A stretch of DNA of 64,000 nt from Azolla caroliniana (lineage: Eukaryota > Plantae > Polypodiophyta). This document shows positions 50,236 through 61,719 of the stretch, in pieces. The stretch's first letter is position 1; the number at the start of each line of letters is the position of its first letter. Location of the stretch: positions 8,680,001 through 8,744,000 of the forward strand of contig JBHGNT010000007.1 in assembly GCA_043228905.1 (NCBI GenBank), written 5' to 3'. A program made the translations under genes and the position numbers. Below the pieces are notes generated by a model that was not told the origin of the DNA, searched no databases, and saw only the letters and a list, made by a program, of their open reading frames with translations.

Positions 50236-53200
50236 GTTCTTGATAGCCACGTGACTTTGTCCTTGAGGGAACTACTTGGCATTACGAAGAAGGAGTTCCA
50301 TGACAAAATCGTGGACCTTGTAAAAAGAAAGAGGCAACAATCGGACGAGGAAGAAGAGAAGCCACAAAGAGCAAAAGCAAATGCCATAACGATGGCAAGA
50401 GACGAAGTCGATGAAGAAATGGTGAACAACCACTATACTCGACCTCATTGGGCACGAGCGACAACAGAGACGTCAGTGAAGATCGGGGAGAAGAAAGAGA
50501 CCGTGGTAGCCTTAATCGACCACGGCTCGGAGATCAACCTCATGTCAACCGACTTCTACAAAAAAGGAAGATGGCCAATCAATACAAATCATGGATGGAA
50601 GATTCACGCGGCAACAAAGACTACGGAGGACTTGTAAGGAGCTTGTCCCAATGTTAAAGTCGCGATTGGGGATGTGGAGATGGATCAACACTTCTTCGTG
50701 CAAGAATCGGCGTCGCATCCTGTCATCCTAGGACAATCGTATATCACATCATCCCGGATGGAGACCAATGTGTTCGATAATGGAGCAGCCTTCGCGTGAA
50801 TCAAGAGTCTTAACAATCAAAGATCTATTCAATTCCTAACGGTGCGAGCTAATCATGAAAGAAATCGAGATAGTCTTGGAGGCGAATCCCCGGATTTTTA
50901 GAGCGGACTATTGAAGCACGGGGCACAAATAGTTTGAGCGATCACAAGTCCCCACAAAGGAGTAGAGTGCGTGGATTGCGAGGAGAAGCAACATGTGTCA
51001 CACCTAGTGGCGCATGTAAACCAGTACTACCCGAGAAGAAGGACAACCATCGGATACAAGACTTCGAGAAGATGCTTAAAGAAGAAAACATAATAGAAGA
51101 AGAAGAGTTTGTGACTCATATTATGGAAGAAGCCTCATTTAACGACACCATCGGCGAAATCGAGGAAGTTGTGGATTTGAGCTATCTTCATGATGAATGC
51201 GTGGTTTCGGTTAACTCCATCAACATGTATGCTATCATCGATGAATACCATTGTGGCATCTTGATGGAGGAAGCTGAAGTTAACACAAAATATAAAACGG
51301 TGGATAAGAAGATCAAGCCAGTTGTGGTTCCACTACCGGAAGATAGCTGGCAAAAGATGAAGGAAGTCGTGAATTATCCAAGCTTAAGGGATCCGAAGAC
51401 AATAGGTCATGTCTTCACCGAAGAGACGAAGGGAAAGCTATGAGTTGGAAGGGAGGATTTCCTCCTCCCTGAAGAAGAGTGAATGTTTCGCAACATGCTT
51501 GAGAGACATGGAAAGGCTTTCGCATTTTTCCCACAAGAAATCGGATGTGCTGATCCAAGGATGATAGAGCCGATGGTGATCTTCATGGTGCCGCATGTGC
51601 CTTGGAATTTGAAACCGATACCAGTTCCAAGAGCGCACCTTCCGAAGCTGATCAAGCTCTTAAAGGAGAAAGTGAATATGGGTATTCTAGAACCGTTGAA
51701 TGCTCCTTACTCTAATAGGTGGTTCATGGTGCCGAAGAAGAATGGATCATTGCGATTCATCCAAGATCTTCAACCTGTCAACAAGGTGACAATTTGAAAT
51801 TCTGGAATCGGTCCAAGCGTGAACGAATTTGCCGAGGCGTTTGCGGGCCAGTCCATCTACTCCATTGGTGATCTCTACTCCGGATATGACCAATTCCAAT
51901 TGGCGATTGACAATAGTGACATTACAACCATGAGGACTCCAATCGGGCTCGTGCGGATGTGTACCTTACCTCAAGGTGCAACGAACTCGGTGGCTCATAT
52001 GGTGAATGCCATGAATAAGGTCTTGAAGGATTGCATCCCGGACATCACGATGCCATTCTTGGATGATATTCCAATAAAAGGATGTTCGGATGAAGAGAAG
52101 AATGAATCAGAAGATAAGGAAGGGTGTAGAAAGTTCGTCGCGGATCATATGAAAGATTGCAAGAAGGTGCTCCAAAGGCTCGAAGACGTGAATTTGACAT
52201 TTTCGGGAGAGAAATCCGCATTCGGGCAACCAGAGATCTTGGTGGTAGGTCACTTATGTGGAGCATATGGCTGGAAGCCTTCGCCATCAAAGGTGAATGC
52301 AATCTAGGACATGAAAGAAGAATGTGTAAACCAAACAGAGGTTCGAAGGTTCCTTGGAGCATGCACATTTTACCATTTTTGGATTCCGCACTACGCCCAT
52401 GTTGCCGAGCCTTTATATGGATTGCTAAAGAAAAGAATGAAGTTCGAATGGTGAGACGAGCACATGAACACGATGCGAAGATTGAAGAAACTACTTCTTG
52501 AAGCTCCAACACTAAGAAAGGCTGACTATACCAATGGAAAGCCGATTTATGTGATTGTAGATACGAGCGCAACCGGAATCGGGTGGGTCATCAACCAAGA
52601 AGGAAAAGATAATGTGCGGTATGCCATCCGATTCGGAGCAAAAGTTCTCAGCGAACAACAACAAAGATACGCCCATGTCAAGTGGGAACTTTGGGGTATT
52701 GTGTCGGCAGTGAAGACGGACAAAGATTACCTGATCGGGTCGGAAGTGATAATAGAGACAAATTGTCTCCCAATACTCGGAATGATATTGGGATGTGCGA
52801 CCCCAGATTTAGCTATGCTAAGGTGGATCGCCTATATCAAGTCTTTAAGCCCAGAGATCCGCCATATTGCAGGCAAGAAGAACGCCATGGCTGATATGCT
52901 GTCGAGGGCAAGATTTGAGAATGAAAGTGACATGGTTTCGGAAGATGAAGACGTTACCCTCGACTTCTTCAAGATGGCTCGACTATCGGAGGAAGACAAG
53001 GACACACTAACCCTCCACGCCTTCAACAAGGACGAGTACGAAGGAGAGTGGTTACTGATCGGCCGATTCCTAAAAACAATGTTGGTGGATGCTTCGTTGA
53101 CGAAGGAGGAGGCCCTACAAATCCAGAAGAAAGCTTACGAATACTCCTTGAAGGGAGGCTTCCTTTGACGACACCCAAAAAGAAGGACAGGAATACCACG

Positions 53201-54358
53201 TTGAGTGGTGGTGAAGAAAGAAGAGTAAGTGACGTTAATGATCGAATTCCACAGGAGTGCCTGGGCAGGTCATAGAGGAACATGGGCGGCGTTCGAGAAG
53301 TTGAAGGAGAAGTATTGGTAGCCAAGCATGTACAAAGATGTACTCCATTTTGTGTCCACATGCGAAACATGCCAAGTACATTCGAATATACGTCATCATG
53401 ATGAGCTACGATCGACATACCCGCTCACTATACACTTCAAATGGATGGTGGATCTGGTCTCAATGCCAATGGGAGTGGGACAAATGAAGTACATAGCTCT
53501 AGCAAGAGAAGACTTGACAAATAAGACGACGTCAGCTGTTTGCAAATTTCTACTTGAAGAGGTTGTCTGTCGATACGGATGTGTGGGGAAGATAGTCGTC
53601 GACCGAGTGGAGTTGGATGCACACGAAGCAACAAAGCTTTTCGAACGACTAGGCGTGAAGCTCTCCCTCATGACTACCTACAATCCATAAGCGAATGGGA
53701 AGATCGAGCGAGGGCATGGACCCATCGTCAAAGCCATCGTACAAGCATGCAACGGTCGAGTCGGGAATTGGCCACGACTATTGCCCTATGCCTTGTGGGC
53801 CGACAAAACGACACACAACTCGGTGATAGGGTATATGCCAATGGAGCTTATGTATGGACAAAAGCTGGTGATGCCCATCGAAAGGACGATCACCTCATGG
53901 GTAGTGATACCATGGGAGAACGAGATGAGTAGAGAAGAATTATTAACGGCACGGATAAGGCAACTTGAAAGGAGACTTGAAGATCTAGAACATGCGCGAA
54001 AAATGATGGAGGCAGCCTGAGTGAAGAACAAAATTCGGTTCGACAAGACGCATCGACTACATCCCAAGAAAATCGAAGAAGGAGATTGGGTATTGGTCTA
54101 TGACAGCAACCTTGACAATCAACACAACACAATAAGAAAGTTCGCAAGAAGATGGTTCAGACCGTATGTGGTGATAACTGCCAACGACAATGCCACAGAC
54201 CACCTTGCAAAGCTAGATGGATCAAGGTTGGCCATACCCATTGCGAGAAAAAGAGTAAAGTTTTCAAGAAAAGACAAGACGAGGATCCTGACCTCGATCA
54301 CCTCGACGATGAAGATAGTACGATGGATGTGAATGAGGACGTGGAGGAATCTGATTGA
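50236..54358 (+). pseudogene. pol of element D (protease, RT, RNase H, integrase), many stops
   Basis: ALIDHGSEIN; DLYSGYDQF, LPQGATNS, PFLDDIPIKG; IVDTSATGIGW; CETCQ, KWMVDLV, NGKIERGH, PYALWAD. Confidence 0.92.
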
Positions 54359-54430
54359 TCACCGTAGCCGAAATCTCACACTCTCTCTTCTTGGCACGTA
54401 CCAGAGGACGTGCGGTTTGGTGGGGGTGGA

Positions 54431-55528
54431 TGTCGTGAAGATTTTCGGCAATGGTGTGAAAATCACCTAAATCTACAAAAAGATGGAGGTCTTGAAGAGC
54501 TTTCGAATGCAGTTTATTACATAAGAAACAGACATCTAAGTGTCAATTTATGTGGGTAGGAAGTTTGCAAAGACAAAGAGAAAATAAAATTGTGAGATAT
54601 CCCACATAGATAGGATAAATAAGGATCTCACCATATATAAGGTCTAAGAGCAAAAGCTATTATCTTTGTGTCTATGTGTGGAGCATAAAGAGTTCAAGGT
54701 GACTTGAACTAAGCTATTGGATGAATGGGTGTGGCATGGCTACTTGCAAAGGTTTTGGCCAACCAAAACCGGACTGGCGATAGAGCCGGTGGCAACCGGC
54801 AACGTAACCGGCATTCGGCGACTGGGCGGTAATCGGCATTTGGCAACGTAACCGGCATCTGGCGATCGGACGGTAACCGCATACGGCAACCGACGTCATC
54901 CGGCGACGACAACCGACAACTAGATGGATAAATAAATAAATAAACATATATACATCCGGCGATCGAACGATAACCGCATCCGGCAACGGTGACCGACAAC
55001 TAGATATACACAAGGAGGGAAAGTAAAGATTTGAACCTTGCAACTCCAAGTTGAGAGTCAATAGGCTTACAACTAAGCCAACACATTTTCTTGGACATAT
55101 ATTTTTATCATTGTAACTTTACATGTAAATTCTCATACATGAGAGCTAAAATGAGTGATATGGTTATCATGCACCACATGTAATACATGAGCACCAAATG
55201 GCAAACATGCATTTTATGCATGTCTTGTACCCTCACATGCATGAGGGCATCTATAAAAGAGAGGAGGGAAAAAGATAAAAGGACTAATGTAAAATTTTTG
55301 GATGATCAAATAAGAGACTTGTAACCCTATTGTTGATGTATCGTCTCTCTCAAATCTAAAATCAAAAGTTAAATCTTTATTTCAGTATCTCTCTCCTTCC
55401 ATATCAATCTCTCTCAATCTATCTTAAATACTTTCTCGCTAAAACTAGCATAAACTTCGAATCCTTCCGGTCTAGAACCCCGGCGGTTCCGCCTCACGAT
55501 CCGCGCCTAGTGACAGATCTTCACGACA
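54431..55528 (+). repeat. 3' LTR of element D (1098 bp)
   Basis: tgtcgtgaag...cttcacgaca followed by ACGT. Confidence 0.93.
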
Positions 55529-55789
55529 ACGTATCCCTTACTTGGTTCATTCAACCAATACAGTCAACTACCTAGTCAACTCTCCATTTTCTCTAGTAAG
55601 TGGACTATCGAGTCGACTCATTGGTCGATCCGATCAATCATCCTGAATTCAACTTGTTGACTCCTCCAATTCGACTACCGACTTCTCCCATTAGGAGGGA
55701 CACATTCCTAACAATATGGCAGGGCATGGCAGTATCCACAAGACACTTATGAAGATTTGACAACTTTTTTTTACCCCATATGGAGTTGG

Positions 55790-56210
55790 ATGTAAAAGGT
55801 TGCATCCAATCATGTTTGACATGTCAACGAGTCAAAGCTCAGTGTGGATGACCGTATGGCTTACTACAACCCATATCAATACCTACTCAACCATGGGATG
55901 TGGTAAGCATGGATATCATGGTGATCATCCAATCTCTAAACAAGCTCACTTCATATGAGCAAAACCACCTCTCACAACACTCTAAGTTGCCAAATTGTTC
56001 TTCAAAAATGTATTTAAATATCTTGGCATGCCTATAATTATCGCGTTGGATAGGGATTCACAAATTGCTAGGCACACAACTCTGAATTTTCGAGTCCATG
56101 GATTATCCCCAAATAGATGGTCAAGTGGAAAGGGTAAGCCATGGTAATAAGGACTACATTCATTGTTATGTGTAGGCATATAAGAAAGATTGGGTGGATC
56201 ATATTGATGA
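55790..56210 (+). mobile_element. Very decayed Gypsy integrase-like remnant
   Basis: Fragments such as GMPIIIALDRDS and DGQVERV in broken frames. Confidence 0.4.
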
Positions 56211-58089
56211 GAGGTGCTCCAGTTGGTACATCAATAAAAGTGTGTTTGAAGCATTGGCGGCATCCCCCTTTTCCTTGTTCAACTTGCTCCTAGTGGATTT
56301 ACCACCCATTCCCTCTTAAGCTACACCCACCATTCTCTAGTTTTTTTGATTGAGTGTGAAACTAACTATCTTGTGTGTTTTTCTTTGTGCACATGCCATG
56401 ACATGACAATGTCTACTTAATGTCATGTATACCTTGAGCCGAAGTGTTTCCATTTTCTTAATGCAACTATATTTGTAGATCATATCTTCAAGGTAGAATT
56501 TGCACACCAACAACATTATCTCATTCCTCAATTCTCGATACTCTCCACTTGGTTTGAAAGGTCTTCCCTTGTTACTACTAGTTAATTCATTTATTAGAAA
56601 TCCATAAGGTATGACCATGGTGTCGACCATCTAAACGAAGTTGACCATCTAAACGAATTATCATTGGCCCAAGCTTTAAATATTTCACCCGTTTATGGGC
56701 ACTTTATCTTTACATGTTGGAGATGATTCATTGCTAGGGTGCTAAACAAATTGTTCATCTTTAAGGTGAAAAAATAAAAACTTTACCAATTTTACAAGAG
56801 ATTTTACTTCTGGTCCTCAAGCCTAAGACATTAGTGTTATTTGCAAGATAGACAACTTGTATATTTCCATCTTGCTTGTCCGTTTCCTTATACTTTTCAC
56901 CTTTACATTTGTCTTTGGGATGCTAGACACATTCATCCTTAGGCTGCACTAAAGTCAAATCACCTTTAGAATGTTATAGATGATTCATTCTTAAGGTAGG
57001 AAAATGAATACTTTTGCAAAAATGATCACTTTCAGCCCAAGTTACCTAAAACCTATGATCTTTGTTGTTCTATTATCAAAGACACTTTATCCAATTAAGA
57101 TAGGAGGACAAAAGATAGCAATAGTGAAGAGTCTTGTATGCTTTCTATTCTTGTCCCTTTATATTTATTCTTCACCTTTTGATTCATCTTTATATGGATG
57201 ATTCGTCTCAAGATGATTTGTTTTGAGATTTGTCAAAAGAAATTGTTGATCTAATTATACAAAAACCCTAATTGATCAAGAAGCACAATTAATAGAAATT
57301 TCACTTAACTAACAACTCTTTAACTACTTAGATTAGTAAAGGAACTCTTTAATTTCTTTCATAGAAAATTGAAGGGTACCAAAAAAATTCTAGCCCCCAA
57401 AACAAATCCCTAATTTTTGTCTTTTATAGTTAAATGACCATGAGGTAATTTCTAGTTTTAGATGGTTTATGCAAAGGTCATCATTTGGGTGGTAGAGGCG
57501 ATTTGTTCTTAGGCTACAAAAAGATTGCGCACTTATTACCAATTTTGTTAAAATGGTCACTTTTGGCCCATGTTGGTTTCAAATCACACAAGATCGAGCA
57601 CAAAAGGGGTTGAAATTGGAAGCTGAGTACTTTAAGGTTTTCGAACTTGCGTCTTTCACAAAAAAAAATACTTTTGTAATTACGTGAAAGACGTAGAAAA
57701 TTAGTTATCATACCTTTACCATGATTCTAAGAACCAAAGCATAAGATTGTATTCAGACATTTTAAGCACATAAAATAATATAGATATAAGGAAAATTTCT
57801 ATCAGTATTGATATGCACATTGTGAACACGTTTTTTCCAATTCGATTCCTCACTTTATATATAGTCTCCCATAGTAATAAGAAACAAAATGAAGTCAAAT
57901 TTAATTTGTAATTAGAACTTATGACGAAAGCAAAAGATACAAAGATATGTAAAACAGAAATGCATAGATCAAAAGTTACAAAGCTAAGTATTTTTCCGAG
58001 TAAATAGTGAATGATGCATACTATATTGGAGACTCCAAGTTTATAGAGGGCTAACTTGTTTTTTTTTCCAAAAAAATATGCTATCCATT

Positions 58090-61000
58090 AGTTAGGAAGA
58101 AATACATGAGATATCATATGTACAAGGGCTAGGCCTCAACCTACTTCCATTTGTGGATTGATCTCTGTCCACATAACTTGGCACTTCCTTAACAATGAGT
58201 GCTAGCTCCTTGTTCACCGCATCACTCCCAAGGGGGATTTTGTTGATATATTTCGGTAGTGATGTGTGCGAACACACTTAGGACTATAGGGGTATTTTTT
58301 CTCTCTTTAGGATGTTTTTTCCCCTTGTCTATAGATACTCGCATAACCCTAAAGTGGGGAAGTTTTTGTGATTCAAAACGAGAACCCAACAATGGTATCA
58401 TAGCAACTAACCGACGTTTGAGCAGCAACGCAATGAGTGAACAACAAGGTGACGACCCCCATTTGCAGTCCGTGTGTGCCATATGTGGTGGCATTTTTCT
58501 GCTGCTGTAAAACAAGTTTCTACATGTTTTCTTCCTTTGTGTGTGGTTTCAGATGCGTTTTTTTGCTTCACACCGATTTAATCCTACTATAAGTCTCCTT
58601 GAGTTTTCTACGACCTTCCTACAACCCTCTTATGTGCGGTTGCTGCACAAAAATTAGATTTGCTTCCTTTTCTCTTCATTGGTTCATTTTCCAAGTCAAA
58701 GAGGTACATTATTCCTTTTTATTCATTCCGTAGTCCATTTTTTGCATCAAAACATGTTTAGTCAATGGCCATGGCTAAGGGCAATGATGTATTTCGGATG
58801 CTTGTTGTCGACGATAAATTGGATGGAACAAATTACCCTCTTTGGGCTTATATGATGTGTCATGTATTAGTAGCAAAAGGGTTCTGGGATGTGGTTTATG
58901 GGGTTGAAAAATGTCCTGTTGTTGTGAACACAAACACTAATGGTATTGATTCTGTTGAGGATGTTGATCATCCTACTCATGCTCATGATGCAATTTCTAT
59001 TGTACCAAATGCAGAGCAACTTCGTTGGGATCACAAAGATGCTCAAGCACATGCTTTGATAGCTTTGTTTGTGAAACATGCCACTATTCCCCATATTCGC
59101 TCTTGCAAGACAGCAAAGGATGCTTGCGATACTCTTACCACTTTGTACCAGACAAGAAATGAGGCTTGTGTTGCTTATCTCCAAATACAGTTGGAGAGTG
59201 AGCACATGAACGAAGGTGATTCTATGGACAATTTTCTTACAAAAATCAAAGATTTAAAGGAACAATTAATTTTTGTTGATGAAATGATACCAGATAATTC
59301 ACTTTTGTAGACAGTTCTAAATGGTCGTCCTGATTCATATAAGAGTTTTGCTTCTAGATACCCTTTGTTTAATGATGAAAGGTAATCCCAATGCCTTATC
59401 GTTCGAGGAGTTAGTTTCTGTTTTGTTATAGGAAGATCAGTCTAGGCAAAATAGGTCTATTATGCATGTTGCAGATGAAGCTTTCCTAGCTAGTTAGAAG
59501 GGCAAAGGTAAATGGAACTCATCTGCTAACAAGCAGAGATTTGCTAATACTTCACAAGTGAATGAAAAAAAACAAGAGCAGAAACAAAAATAGTTTTGCA
59601 AATACTATAAAGAAAATGATCCAAAATTGGCTGCACAAGAGCCAAAGAAAAACAAGCAGGACTGGTTGTTGCAAAAGTCTCTGCACCGAAAACAAAGTTT
59701 GCAAATCTTGTGTAGAATGAAGATTGGGGATTTACTACTATTTGCAGTTTTGACCCATCTTCACTTGAACAATGTATGTCTGTTGTCAAATCAGATGTTT
59801 GGTACGTCAACAGTGGAGCAACCAAACATATTATCTCACAACGCAATTTCTTCACTTCATTGGAGCCTGCCCCTATAGAGAATATTGTCACACGCACCAA
59901 CAACCCATCGTATCTAGTTATGGGTGTTGGTAAGACCATTTTGACTATTATTCATTGTATTTCTTTCACCTTGTCAAATGCTTTGTTTGTGCCAGGGATC
60001 AAGATTTAAAGTTTGTTGTGAGATTCAACATTAGCCAAGATGGTTCAGTTAGAGTTAGTAGAAATTGTAGCTTGTTCATAGTAATGTCTGTGGTCCTATC
60101 CAAACACATTCTCTTGGGAACTGTCTTTACTTCTTGACTTTCATTGATGAATTTTGTAGTCATGCATGGGTATATCCATTGAAGGTAACGTCCGAAGTGT
60201 TTCTGTGCTTCAAATAGTTTCTACCTTTGGCCGAAAATTTGTCAACATGTAAAATGGGCACCCTCAATTCTGATCGAGGGGGGGAATATATGTATTTTGA
60301 TTTTAATGCATTTCTAGCTGAACATGGGATAAAACATCAGTGTATAGTGCCATATATACCTCAAAAAAATGGAGTTGCTGAAAGAAAGAACAAGTCACTC
60401 ATGGAAATGGCGAGGTGTATGATCAAAAGTCAGGCTTTACTACATAGTTTCTAGCTTAAGGTTGTCATGTATGCAACATATGTACTTAACAAATGTCCTC
60501 TAAATCATTGCACTCTATCACTCCATATGAGGCCTGGCATGGCCGCAAGCCATATGTTGCTCATTTGCGTGTTTTTAGTTGTTTGGCATATGCATTAGTG
60601 CTAAACAACAACGCAAAAAATTGGATGATAAAGCAATGAAATGTATTTTTGTTGGATACAGCTTTGAAAGTAAACTTGGCTATCGTTTGTATCATCTATA
60701 GACTAAATGCATTCTGGTTAGCTGTGACATTGTTTTGTGGAGGATGCAGTTCAACCATTGCTTTCATGTACTAAGGAGACATTAGTTATCTCCAGATATG
60801 TGTATGACACTTTTTTGCCTCTTTTTACAAGTGGATAGTTAAGTGTTGGCCCAATTGAGGCACCTTCTCAACCTTTGGAAGCTACTCATAATGATGTAGA
60901 TTATTACATTTCTGATGCAGACTTACATGATGATGTAGAGGAGGCACTAAATGGTTGTTGCATACTTTTGCAAGATAGCAAATTAGATATTCCTTTGTCA

Positions 61001-61397
61001 TACCATACTCGTTGACGTTCTCATAATGTTTCTTTTGCATCAGATTGTTATGTTATGTTTGTCTAATCTTTTGATGAGAATGAGCTAGTTTCTTTTGATG
61101 TAGCACAAAAATCAAAAAATTGGATGGATGTTATGCAATCAGAATATGAGGCTATTATGAAGATTGGTACATGGTCTTTATGTGACTTGCCTCTTGGCAA
61201 GAAGGCTATTGGCACTAAGTGGGCATATAAGTTGAAGCGTAAACATGATAGAAAAGTTGACAGGTATAAGGCTAGGCTTGTTGCGAAAGGTTATGCCCAA
61301 GAAAATGGCATTGATTTTGACGAGACCTTTGCGCCAACCTGCCATATGACTACTATTCGTAGCATATGCGCAATTGTAGCTCATCATGGTTGGAATG
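58090..61397 (+). mobile_element. Old Ty1/Copia element F, truncated within RT by later insertions
   Basis: LTR ending CCAACA at 58391 (start approximate); PBS TGGTATCATAGC at 58393; KLDGTNYPLW, WYVNSGATKH, SDRGGEY, PQKNGVAERKN, KARLVAKG; breaks at HHGWN where tgttggag begins. Confidence 0.85.
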
Positions 61398-61719
61398 TGT
61401 TGGAGTCTAAGATCATCAATGTGGAAACATAAACAACACATTGAGATGAAGATCACCGAGTTAGCAGGTGAAGGCAAGATCAAGAAGACAGAATGAGAGA
61501 GAGAAAGAAAGAAAGAAAGAAAGAAATATTAACGTCTTCTAAGGCCAGAATTGGCCCATGAGACAATTGGTTTACAACAAAATGGGATATTTACCCATTC
61601 ATCGAAAGTAAAAATAAAATAAAATAAAAATAGAGCTTAAGCTAAATAGTTCTAGTAAAATAACAAACATGTTCTACAATGAAATGGCTTTATACTAAGT
61701 CTAGTTTCATTTCCATCCA

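Larger units (their letters stand above)
43232..55528 (+). mobile_element. tRNA-Trp-primed Ty3/Gypsy element D with 4-bp ACGT TSD, decayed
   Basis: LTRs 43232-44320 and 54431-55528; TSD ACGT at 43228-43231 and 55529-55532; PBS 44329-44346; PPT-like TGGTGGGGGTGGA before 54431. Confidence 0.93.
42757..55713. mobile_element. Solo LTR (about 656 bp: 42757-43231 plus 55533-55713) split by element D
   Basis: TGTAGAG...CCTAACA termini with perfect 5-bp TSD ATATG (42752-42756, 55714-55718); GTCGAC/GTCAAC repeats continue across the insertion. Confidence 0.85.

Noticed and set aside
49818-50250. Poly-ER and poly-LS ORFs
   Set aside because: Translations of a (CT)n microsatellite in an LTR.
56337-56630. 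Host gene or transposase fragment (97-aa minus ORF)
   Set aside because: No motif I can support; left unannotated.
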